Shown piece after piece: positions 42,802-51,304 of a stretch of 62,412 bases of DNA (the stretch's first letter is position 1; the number at the start of each line of letters is the position of its first letter). Source of the DNA: Planctomycetaceae bacterium (GTDB lineage Bacteria; Planctomycetota; Phycisphaerae; Tepidisphaerales; Tepidisphaeraceae); assembly GCA_044464175.1 (NCBI GenBank), contig JBIQLO010000001.1, forward strand, positions 1 through 62,412. The letters run 5' to 3'. The translations under genes and the position numbers were made by a program. The notes beneath the pieces were generated by a model. The model saw only the letters and a program-made list of their open reading frames with translations. It did no database searches and was not told the origin of the DNA.

Positions 42802-45684
42802 ATGAATCGACCTATCCGCCTGCTCTCTATCTGCGCGGCACTGATTGGCCTGCTGGTCCTGGCCTGGCCCGTGACCGCCGCCCCCCTCATAGTCGTCGAT
42901 GGCGGCCGGAGTGACTACACCATCGTGCGCCCCGAAAGGGCGCCCCAATCCATTCTGGACGCGGCGGAGGAATTGCAGCGGGACATCGCCCTGGCCACCG
43001 GAGCTAAACTCCCCATCACCCGGGAGGGGAGCCTGCTCACCGGCCCGTTCATCAGCCTGGGCGACACACCCCAGGCGCGCGCCGCCGGCTTCAGCGCCCA
43101 GGGCATGCCCGATGAGTCCTTCCGCATCGTCACCAAAGACGCCAATCTCTATATCTTTGGTCCCGACACGCCCGACGGCGGATGGACGAAGAACAACGGC
43201 GTCAGCCACGGCACCGCCAACGGCGTCTACACGTTTCTGGAAGACCAACTGGGGGTGCGCTGGCTGATGCCGGGCGAGCTGGGGCGGGATGTGCCGGCCC
43301 GATCCTCGGTTTCCATCGACATCATCGACCATACACAATCCCCCCGTTTCATCTGGCGGCGCCCGACCCACGTGTTTGATTACGCCGATGGCCCCCAGAC
43401 CCGAACCATTCTCCAGTGGCAGACGCATCAGCGCGTGGGTGAATACAACTGTTCCACGCGCTTTGGCTATGACCACAACTGGATTCAAACCGTTCCCCCG
43501 GAGCTGTACAAGACCCACCCCGACTGGTTCGCCATGGATGCCGCCGGAAAGCGCCCCGCTCCTTCCGGAAGACGATACAAGCTGGAAACGACCAACCCGG
43601 AACTGGTGCGCTACTTTGCCGATCAGGCCATCGCGCGACTGAAAAGTTCGCAGCGCCCCGGCACCTTTTCCCTCTCCCCCAGCGATGGCGGCGGCTGGAG
43701 CCAGAGCCCCCTGAGCAAAGCGCTCTACGATCCCAGCCCTTCGACCATTTTCGATCCCGAATCCCCGCCCGGCCGGCCGGGCGTCTCCTCGCTGGTGCTC
43801 AAGTGGTATCACGACGTGGCGCAGATCGTCGCCAAGGAATACCCCCAGGGCCGACTGGCCGGATACATCTACGCCGATTACCTCTACCCCCCGACCAAGC
43901 TCCAGATGAAGCTGCCGGACAACTTCACCCCGGTCATCGCTCCCAGCTTCGACTATGGCTATGGCCTTTACCGCCAACAGACGCAGGAGCGGTTCAAATA
44001 TGTCATGGATGCCTGGGCCAAAGTCGCGCCTCAAGACTGGTTCTATTACGACCTGCCCAACCAGTTGAACAAGCAGTATGACCCGGAGATCGGAGCGGGG
44101 AATTTCCCCGGCGCCACCGGCATCGTCACCCCGGCCGCCCCGGACATTCTCAATCTTGTCTTTTCCACGCTCGTCCGCGATCGCATCAAAGGAGCGATGA
44201 TCTACGGCGTCCCCTCCTGGAGCAGCGGGGCCATGTCCAATTACATCCTCGCCCAGATGATGTGGGACCCCTCCCGGGATGCCCATGCCGTGCAGCGGGA
44301 CTGGCTGGAGCGAGCCTACGGCCCGGAGGCCGGGGCGGTCATGGCGGATTTTTATCACAATCTCAACGGCTGGTTCAAGGCGTACTACCAGGAGCACCCG
44401 GATGTGAGCTACTTCCTGACCCGCGGCATGCTCAAGGACATCTACGCGGCCCATTACCCGGAGATGGAGAGGCGCTTCCTGCAAGCCCGGAACCGGCCGA
44501 TGACCGAGATTCAGCAACAGCGGTTGCAACTGATCGGGGACAACCTGATCGTCCTGCAATGGCGGCTGCGCAACGCCGGACTCCTGGTGCCCGAATTCAC
44601 CTCCACCCTCACCCGAAGCAATGAGCAGGTGATCGCCCTGATCGCCCGCCCTAACAAGGATTTTCCCCTCTTTCCCGGCTATATCCCTTCCGGGACCATC
44701 CCCGGGCCCAAACCCCCGCGATGGAAGGTGCATGCCGCCGCGGGAACGCCGCCACAATCTACCGGAGACCTGTCGGCACTGAACTCCAACACCTTTGTGA
44801 TCTTTGCGGCCCAGGAGACGCAGGTGCGCATTGTGCCGCGTCGAATCAGCCACGGGGCCTACTTTGCCGGATATGAAATCAAAGATGCGGCCGGCAAGGT
44901 GATTCGCAGCGGAATTTTCAACACCGGCACGCCGATTGTCTTTCCGGCCAAGGCAGGCACGGCCTATTACCTTTCCATCCCCCCGCGTAAGCCCGTCCAC
45001 TATGAGTTATCGATTGACAATGCCGCCATGGCCGAGGGTCGGCTGCGGGAGGATATCCTGACCCTGTATGCACCCCCCGCGCCGATTCTGGTCTTTAATG
45101 CGCCGGGGCATGCGCCAATCGGCGTCTTCGACAGGGAGGGCGCAGTTGTCCTCCAGAAGCCCTTCAGCGGAGCCGCCGGGCGGGCGGACATGTTGCGGGG
45201 CGGAGCCTACAAGGATGTGAAGGTGATCGGCAGCTTCGACCAGGGTTGGCGTTTCAGCCCCGACCCGAAGGACGAGTTGCTGAATCGCGGCGTCACGACC
45301 CCGGAGTTTGACGACAGCGGCTGGGCCACCCTCAGCGCCCTGGACTGGTGGCAAATGCAGGGATTCGAGGCATATCACGGCCCGGCATGGTACCGGATGA
45401 AGTTCACCGCGCCGCCGTTGGAAAAGGGGCGTTCGGTACGCCTCTATTTCGGCGGTGTGGACGGCAACGCCGAGGTCTACCTCAACGGCCGGAAAGTGGT
45501 CGTCCACACGCTGGGAAAGAACTACGAAGGGTGGGACCGCCCCTTCTCCAAGAGTGTGGCCGGCGCCCTCAAGGCCGGGGAGAACATCCTGGCGGTGAAG
45601 GTCACCAGCAAGAACAGCACCACCGCCAGCGGCATCTTCCGCGGTGTCAGCCTGCTGACGATGGTTCCCACCGGGAAAAAGTGA
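42802..45684 (+). CDS. Secreted DUF4838-type glycoside-hydrolase-like protein with a C-terminal GH2-type sugar-binding jelly-roll (paralog 2)
   Basis: Signal peptide MNRPIRLLSICAALIGLLVLAWPVTA. GTANGVYTFLEDQLGVRWLMPG motif. The C-terminal WYRMKFTAPP..VRLYFGGVDGNAEVYLNGRKV region resembles the GH2 N-terminal domain. Confidence 0.75.
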   Translation: MNRPIRLLSICAALIGLLVLAWPVTAAPLIVVDGGRSDYTIVRPERAPQSILDAAEELQRDIALATGAKLPITREGSLLTGPFISLGDTPQARAAGFSAQGMPDESFRIVTKDANLYIFGPDTPDGGWTKNNGVSHGTANGVYTFLEDQLGVRWLMPGELGRDVPARSSVSIDIIDHTQSPRFIWRRPTHVFDYADGPQTRTILQWQTHQRVGEYNCSTRFGYDHNWIQTVPPELYKTHPDWFAMDAAGKRPAPSGRRYKLETTNPELVRYFADQAIARLKSSQRPGTFSLSPSDGGGWSQSPLSKALYDPSPSTIFDPESPPGRPGVSSLVLKWYHDVAQIVAKEYPQGRLAGYIYADYLYPPTKLQMKLPDNFTPVIAPSFDYGYGLYRQQTQERFKYVMDAWAKVAPQDWFYYDLPNQLNKQYDPEIGAGNFPGATGIVTPAAPDILNLVFSTLVRDRIKGAMIYGVPSWSSGAMSNYILAQMMWDPSRDAHAVQRDWLERAYGPEAGAVMADFYHNLNGWFKAYYQEHPDVSYFLTRGMLKDIYAAHYPEMERRFLQARNRPMTEIQQQRLQLIGDNLIVLQWRLRNAGLLVPEFTSTLTRSNEQVIALIARPNKDFPLFPGYIPSGTIPGPKPPRWKVHAAAGTPPQSTGDLSALNSNTFVIFAAQETQVRIVPRRISHGAYFAGYEIKDAAGKVIRSGIFNTGTPIVFPAKAGTAYYLSIPPRKPVHYELSIDNAAMAEGRLREDILTLYAPPAPILVFNAPGHAPIGVFDREGAVVLQKPFSGAAGRADMLRGGAYKDVKVIGSFDQGWRFSPDPKDELLNRGVTTPEFDDSGWATLSALDWWQMQGFEAYHGPAWYRMKFTAPPLEKGRSVRLYFGGVDGNAEVYLNGRKVVVHTLGKNYEGWDRPFSKSVAGALKAGENILAVKVTSKNSTTASGIFRGVSLLTMVPTGKK

Positions 45685-45687
45685 TAC

Positions 45688-46911
45688 TCAGTGCGCCACC
45701 ACGCGGCTGATGGTGAAGATCGGCAGCAGCAGCGCCAGTGAGACACCGCCGATGATTGCCCCCATCACCACGATCATGATCGGCTCGATATACCGCGTGA
45801 GCTGGGCGATCCGTTCTTTCAGCTCCGTCTCGGCGTGCAGGGAGATTTGCTCCAGCACGAACGAGAGTTTGCCGCTCTTTTCGCCGCTGTGGATCATCTG
45901 CGCCACCGAACGCGGCACCAGCGGGCTGTCGAACAGCGGTTCGGAAAGCTGGCGTCCGGCCTCCAGCTTCCTGCCGCAATCGGTCCACAGGTCGCTGAAA
46001 TGGGAGTTGGGCGTGAGCTGCCCGGCCGTCTGAACGCACTCCATCAGGTTGACCCCCGCACCGGCCATCGTGCCGAGCATGCGCAGGCTTCGGGCCAGGT
46101 TCACATCCCGGAAGACCGGCCCTAGTATCGGCACCCGAAGCTGGACGGTGTGCCAGAAGCGCCGCCCCCCCGGAGTCTTGAGCCAAAACCACGCTGCAAA
46201 GACCACCCCCGCCACCCCCAGGGGTAGCACAATATAATGATGGACCAGGAACTGGCTGAACAACATGAGCACCTTCGTCGGAACCGGTAAGGCCGCCTTC
46301 TTCTGGGCATAGATAGCGGTGAACCGCGGCAGCACGAACGCCAGCAGGAAGATCGTCGTGCTGACGGCGAAGGCGAACATGATGGCCGGATAGGTCAGCG
46401 CGCCGCGGACCCGGCGGACAATCTCCTGTTCGTCGCGCAGGTAGGCCGCCGCGCGGGTCAGGAGCTTGCTCATCATGCCGGAGCGTTCGGAGGCGGTGAT
46501 CAAGGCGATGAACAGTTTCGGGAAGCTGCGCGGGTGGCGGGCCAGGGCACTGCTGAAATCGCTGCCGCTCTGCACCTGCTGGCAAAGATCTTCGACCAGT
46601 TGCTTGGTCTTGGGCTTATGCGCCTGGGTCGCGATGCACTCCAGCCCCTCCGAGAGCGTGACCCCGGTTTCCAACATGATCGACAATTGGGTGGCGATCT
46701 GGATGACCTCAGCGCGGGGGATGCGAATACCGCCGGCGCCGGCCGCATCGGCAGCCGACGCGGCCTGCCCCGCCGCTGCCGGGCGGATCGAGACGGGGTA
46801 CTTTCCATCCCCGCGCAGCATGCGGGCGACTTCCTGCGCGGACTCCCCCACCAGCACGCCGCTGGCCAGCAGGCCGGTGCCGTCCCGGGCGGTATAGGTA
46901 AATGCGGGCAT
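45688..46911 (-). CDS. Type II secretion / type IV pilus platform protein (GspF/PilC family)
   Basis: 407 aa with two T2SS-F repeats and three TM segments. Confidence 0.9.
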   Translation of the reverse strand: MPAFTYTARDGTGLLASGVLVGESAQEVARMLRGDGKYPVSIRPAAAGQAASAADAAGAGGIRIPRAEVIQIATQLSIMLETGVTLSEGLECIATQAHKPKTKQLVEDLCQQVQSGSDFSSALARHPRSFPKLFIALITASERSGMMSKLLTRAAAYLRDEQEIVRRVRGALTYPAIMFAFAVSTTIFLLAFVLPRFTAIYAQKKAALPVPTKVLMLFSQFLVHHYIVLPLGVAGVVFAAWFWLKTPGGRRFWHTVQLRVPILGPVFRDVNLARSLRMLGTMAGAGVNLMECVQTAGQLTPNSHFSDLWTDCGRKLEAGRQLSEPLFDSPLVPRSVAQMIHSGEKSGKLSFVLEQISLHAETELKERIAQLTRYIEPIMIVVMGAIIGGVSLALLLPIFTISRVVAH

Positions 46912-46936
46912 CTTCCTTCCCTTCCACGGCGGCGGA

Positions 46937-48640
46937 TCACGCCGTCACGCGGTAAACTTCCTCCATCGTCGTCACACCCTGGCCGACCTTCTCCAGCCCG
47001 TCACGGCGCAACGGATTCATGCCGATCTGCTCGGCCAGTTGCCGCAGCTCATTGAGCGGCGCCCCAGCACTGATCCGCTCGATCATGGCATCGTCCGGAA
47101 CAAGCAGCTCATACAGGCCCACCCGCCCGGAATAGCCCAGGTTGCGGCAACGCGGGCACCCCTTGGGATGGTAGATCGGCTCGACGGGCAGCCTGAACTT
47201 CTCGAACGTATGCTTCTCCTGGGGCGTGGGATCGGCCGACTTCTTGCAGGCCGGGCAGAGCTTGCGCACCAGCCGCTGGGCCAGCACGCCGCAGAGCGTC
47301 GCCCCGACCAGATAGGGCTCGATTCCGATGTTGAACAGCCGGGTCACAGCGCTGACTGCGTCATTGGTGTGCATGGTGGCGAACACCAGATGCCCGGTCA
47401 GGGCGGCCTGCGTGGCGATCCGGGCGGTTTCGCTGTCGCGGATCTCCCCGATCATCAGAACATCCGGGTCCTGCCGCAGGATGGAGCGGAGGGCATTGGC
47501 AAAGGTGAAGCCCACCTTCTCATTGACCTGAAACTGATTCACGCCGGTCAGCGCGTATTCAACCGGGTCCTCGACGGTGCAGATGTTGACATCGTCCCGG
47601 TTCAGCTCCTGAAGGACGGAGTAGAGCGTGGTGCTCTTGCCGCTGCCGGTGGGACCGGTCACCAGGACGATGCCATTGGGCTTGACGATGAGCTTTCGGA
47701 AGAGCTTGAGCGTGGCGTAGCCAAAGCCCAGTTTTTCCAGGTTCACGCTGGCCCGCTCATTGTCGATGATGCGGATCACGACCTTCTCGCCATGCTTGGC
47801 GGGCATCGTGCTGACTCGCAGGTCGATCGGCCGCTTGTCCATCATCACATGGATGCCGCCATCCTGGGGGAGCCGGCGCTCGGCTATGTCCAGGCCCGCC
47901 ATGATTTTGATGCGCGAGGCGACCGCCGCGTGCATGTGGTGCGGGGGCCGCAGCTTCTCGGCCAGACGCCCGTCGATTCGGCAGCGGACCCGCAGCACCT
48001 TGTCGCCCGGCTCGATGTGGATATCGCTAGCGCCATCCTTGACGGCGGTGTAGATGATGTAGTTGACCAGCTTGATGACCGGCGAATCTCCGGCGGCCTG
48101 CTCCAGCGAGGCGATGTCCTGCACCTGCTGCTGGATGAGGGTGAATTCCTCCGGCTTGACCTCCTCGATGATGTCGTCGATGACGAACACCTGGTCGTTG
48201 GGGAGGTACGCCTGGAGCGTGGCCTTGATGTCGCGACTGGTGGCGGCGACGACCTGGACGGTCTGACCCGAAAGCCTCTCAATCTCCTCGACCAGGAAGA
48301 CGTTGGCCGGCTCCGACACCGCGACGGTCAGGGTCTGCTCCACCCGGAACAGGGGCAGGACTTGGTGCTTTTCAAGAAACTCCTTGGGAAGAAGAGAGAT
48401 CGCCTTGGGATCGGCGATCCGCGGGCTGACGCGGGCATAGGGGACGCCATACGCCTGGGCCAGCACTTCGGTGATCTGATCCTCGGAGCAGAAGCGCATC
48501 TCAACCAGCACCTCGCCCAGAAGCTTCTGGTGGTTGCCGCGGCGCTGCTCCTCCAGCGCTTGGTCGAGCTGCTCCTGCTGGAGCAGCCCGCGGCTGATGA
48601 GCAGTTGGCCAAGAGGTTGTCGTTGAAGCGTGGCGGTCAT
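46937..48640 (-). CDS. GspE/PilB-family assembly ATPase with an MshEN-like N-terminal domain
   Basis: Walker A GPTGSGKST. Walker B region DVLMIGEIRD. Tetracysteine CPAC...CPRC. N-terminal LGQLLISRGLLQQEQLDQALEEQ. Confidence 0.9.
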   Translation of the reverse strand: MTATLQRQPLGQLLISRGLLQQEQLDQALEEQRRGNHQKLLGEVLVEMRFCSEDQITEVLAQAYGVPYARVSPRIADPKAISLLPKEFLEKHQVLPLFRVEQTLTVAVSEPANVFLVEEIERLSGQTVQVVAATSRDIKATLQAYLPNDQVFVIDDIIEEVKPEEFTLIQQQVQDIASLEQAAGDSPVIKLVNYIIYTAVKDGASDIHIEPGDKVLRVRCRIDGRLAEKLRPPHHMHAAVASRIKIMAGLDIAERRLPQDGGIHVMMDKRPIDLRVSTMPAKHGEKVVIRIIDNERASVNLEKLGFGYATLKLFRKLIVKPNGIVLVTGPTGSGKSTTLYSVLQELNRDDVNICTVEDPVEYALTGVNQFQVNEKVGFTFANALRSILRQDPDVLMIGEIRDSETARIATQAALTGHLVFATMHTNDAVSAVTRLFNIGIEPYLVGATLCGVLAQRLVRKLCPACKKSADPTPQEKHTFEKFRLPVEPIYHPKGCPRCRNLGYSGRVGLYELLVPDDAMIERISAGAPLNELRQLAEQIGMNPLRRDGLEKVGQGVTTMEEVYRVTA

Positions 48641-48746
48641 TCTCTTTGAGAAGACAGGAGGCGGCAGACAGAAGCCGGAACAGGCCTCGGGGATGCTCCC
48701 CTGCTCATTCCGTGTTCGATCCGCCGCATACCGGCTTCCTCTCCCT

Positions 48747-49085
48747 TTACCTCATTGTCTTCAGCGCCGACTCCAGGGTGTCGTGGCATTCGAACCGGTG
48801 GGCCAGGCGCGTGATTTCCAAAATCTTTTTGCAGTTCTCATCCAAGCCGCACAGTTTCAGCTGGCCAAACAGGTCCTCGGCCCGCCGTTTGACCCAAAGG
48901 AGCGTCTCCAGCCCTTCGGAATCAATAAAGGGACATTTTTCCAGGTCAACGACGAAATCGACAACATGTCGCTGGTCGATGCGCTCCTCCGCCGTCTGGC
49001 GCAGCAGCGGCGAGGCATCGGAAGACAGATCGCCTTCGATCGACGCCACGCAAATCTCGTTATAATCCTCGCATTTCACGCTCAT
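48747..49085 (-). CDS. STAS-domain protein (anti-sigma-factor-antagonist fold)
   Basis: 112 aa. VVDLEKCPFIDSEGLETLL motif typical of SpoIIAA/RsbV-like STAS proteins. Confidence 0.8.
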   Translation of the reverse strand: MSVKCEDYNEICVASIEGDLSSDASPLLRQTAEERIDQRHVVDFVVDLEKCPFIDSEGLETLLWVKRRAEDLFGQLKLCGLDENCKKILEITRLAHRFECHDTLESALKTMR

Positions 49086-49097
49086 GTCAGACTCGCT

Positions 49098-50774
49098 TCA
49101 GGCGGCGTTCATGGACCGGCGCTCCAGCAGCGGACGGCACTGGCGATGGTGGTCCTGCAACAGTGACCGCAATTGATCGACCGGGATCGACAGGAACACC
49201 TCCGCCAGGCGGGGATCGAACTGCGTGCCGGCGCAGCGGCGGATCTCGGTCAGGGCAGCCTCCACGGGCATCGCCTTGCGATAGGTCCGGCTGGAGGTCA
49301 TCGCGTCGAAGCAGTCGGCCAGGCAGATGATCCGCCCCATCAGGGGAATGTCCTCGCCGCCCAGACCGGCGGGATAACCCCGTCCGTCATAGCGCTCGTG
49401 ATGATGGAGAACCCCGGGGAGCAGATCGGCCACCTGTTTAACATCTTCCAAAATCCGAGCCCCGATAGCAGGATGTTTCTTGATCTGCTCAAACTCCTCG
49501 TCGGTTAGCTTGCCCGCCTTCTGGAGTACGGCCTCGGGAACGCCAATCTTGCCGACATCGTGCAGCAGCCCGGCCATATAGATGCGTTCGACCTGCTGCT
49601 CGCCCAGCCCGGCGGCAATGGCCAGCGTACGGCTGAGCAGCGCCACACGCTCGCTATGGCCGCAGGTGTAGGCATCCTTGGCGTCCACCGCACTGGTGAG
49701 GCTGTGGAGCAATCCCATCATCAGCCCATGCACATCCTCGAACAGGCGGGCATTTTCCAGATAGACCGCCGATTCATTGGCGATGGAGGTGAGCAGCTTG
49801 ACATCCGTGGAGTCAAAGTCGCCCTCCTGCTTGTCCAGGGCGAAGAGGCATCCCAGATGCTGCTCCTGGCGCTGCAGGGGCACCGCCAGCAGTTGGTTGG
49901 CGTACTCACCCAGCCAGGCAAAGTCCCGGTCGGCCGAAAGATTGTTGACCAGCAACGGATTGTTTCGCCGCGGCAGCATTTCCAAAAGCTGGGCGTCCAG
50001 TCTGGAGAGCGCCGCCGGGGGCAGGTTCAACGTTCCATGGAGCACGGGACCGCACTGGCAGAAGATCGAGCTGTCCAGGGCGACACTCATGCCGCCGACG
50101 CCCAGAACCTCCAGCACCTCGTTGCAGACCTGTTTGAAAAATTCACAGGCGCTGCGGTTGACCTTCATACCACTGGAAATCTGGTAGATGAGGGTCAGTT
50201 CCTCATAGGCGGAGGCGAGCTGCGTGGAAAGGCCATCCAACTCATGCTCGGATGTGCTCAGGCGAAGCTGGTCGTGGAGCATCTCCATCAGAAGCCGGCC
50301 CTGATGGCGCAGCGTCGGCTCGCCGAACGAGGGCAGCTTGTCCGCCTGCTGCTGGAGCCAGACGCCGTCGATCCCAAGTCGCGAGCAGAGGCGCACCACA
50401 TCCTCACCCAAACGGAAATCCTCGCCGACCGCCGCCAAAGCCAGCGTTCCGCAGCGCCGGGTCCGCTCATTCCAGGGGCAGGACGCCACGAGCATTCCCG
50501 GGACCATCCGGTGAATCGTGATGGACCCGTCGAGCGTCGCGGAGCCCGTCGAATTCAACTCGAGGCCTTCGACCTCGTTGTCCCGCAGCATTGGCAGGAC
50601 ATACTGCCGGAAGAGCGGCGCGGCCTCCCGATCATGCCAGGCCAGAATGCCTTCGGGGTTGAATAGCATCAGCAGGAGCCCGGCCGAGCGAAAGCGCTCC
50701 GCAAGGTTCATGAGAATCTCCACCGGAACACTCTGCTGAGCGGCGGCCTCGGTATTAAACATCGTACAAATCAT
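49098..50774 (-). CDS. GAF-domain / HD-GYP-domain protein (putative c-di-GMP phosphodiesterase)
   Basis: HSERVALLS...LLHDVGKIGVP...HHERYDGRGYP matches the HD-GYP signature. A GAF-like region and a long unassigned N-terminal domain lie upstream. Confidence 0.85.
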   Translation of the reverse strand: MICTMFNTEAAAQQSVPVEILMNLAERFRSAGLLLMLFNPEGILAWHDREAAPLFRQYVLPMLRDNEVEGLELNSTGSATLDGSITIHRMVPGMLVASCPWNERTRRCGTLALAAVGEDFRLGEDVVRLCSRLGIDGVWLQQQADKLPSFGEPTLRHQGRLLMEMLHDQLRLSTSEHELDGLSTQLASAYEELTLIYQISSGMKVNRSACEFFKQVCNEVLEVLGVGGMSVALDSSIFCQCGPVLHGTLNLPPAALSRLDAQLLEMLPRRNNPLLVNNLSADRDFAWLGEYANQLLAVPLQRQEQHLGCLFALDKQEGDFDSTDVKLLTSIANESAVYLENARLFEDVHGLMMGLLHSLTSAVDAKDAYTCGHSERVALLSRTLAIAAGLGEQQVERIYMAGLLHDVGKIGVPEAVLQKAGKLTDEEFEQIKKHPAIGARILEDVKQVADLLPGVLHHHERYDGRGYPAGLGGEDIPLMGRIICLADCFDAMTSSRTYRKAMPVEAALTEIRRCAGTQFDPRLAEVFLSIPVDQLRSLLQDHHRQCRPLLERRSMNAA

Positions 50775-50838
50775 GTGTCGTACCCACTTTTGTCACAAAA
50801 CGCGGCCAAACACCGCCGCGCCGGCGTTTCCGAGTCGC

Positions 50839-51225
50839 TCAGGCGACGGCGGCACCGTCCAGAATTTCGTTGACGGTCGCCAGCAGTTGCCGTGGGCTGA
50901 ACGGTTTGGAGATCATGCGGAGGATTCCGCTCTCCTCGGTGTCCCGCTCATCCAGGTGATAGCCGCGCGCCGTGAGCATGATGGCCGGCAACGACGCGGT
51001 GGACGGGTCGCTGCGCAACCGATGGCACAATTCCAAGCCCGACAGCAGGGGCATGTGGTAATCAGTGATAAGCAGGTCAGGATGCTCAGCAACCGCCAGA
51101 TTCAGCGCTTCCTGGCCGTCATGGGCAGTCAGGACATTGAAGCCGGCATTGCGCAGCTTCAATGAAACGACGTTCAGAATGTGGGATTCATCATCAGCTA
51201 CAAGAATGGTCTTCGATCCGCTCAT
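50839..51225 (-). CDS. Stand-alone response regulator receiver protein
   Basis: ILVADDES...LLITDYHMP...SKPF receiver signature. No output domain. Confidence 0.9.
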   Translation of the reverse strand: MSGSKTILVADDESHILNVVSLKLRNAGFNVLTAHDGQEALNLAVAEHPDLLITDYHMPLLSGLELCHRLRSDPSTASLPAIMLTARGYHLDERDTEESGILRMISKPFSPRQLLATVNEILDGAAVA

Positions 51226-51304
51226 TTTTCCTCTCCGTAAATTCGGTTCTCCTCACGCCGCCTCGAACGCAGGCCAGCAGGCCAGGGGCGGCGATCCGCC
51301 GGTC

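Noticed and set aside
48641-48746. TTCGATCC-like T-loop string, and a general search for tRNA or other RNA genes in all spacers longer than 60 nt.
   Set aside because: No flanking complementary T-stem or acceptor stem could be drawn here or in any other spacer. No tRNA, rRNA or tmRNA-like sequence was recognised.
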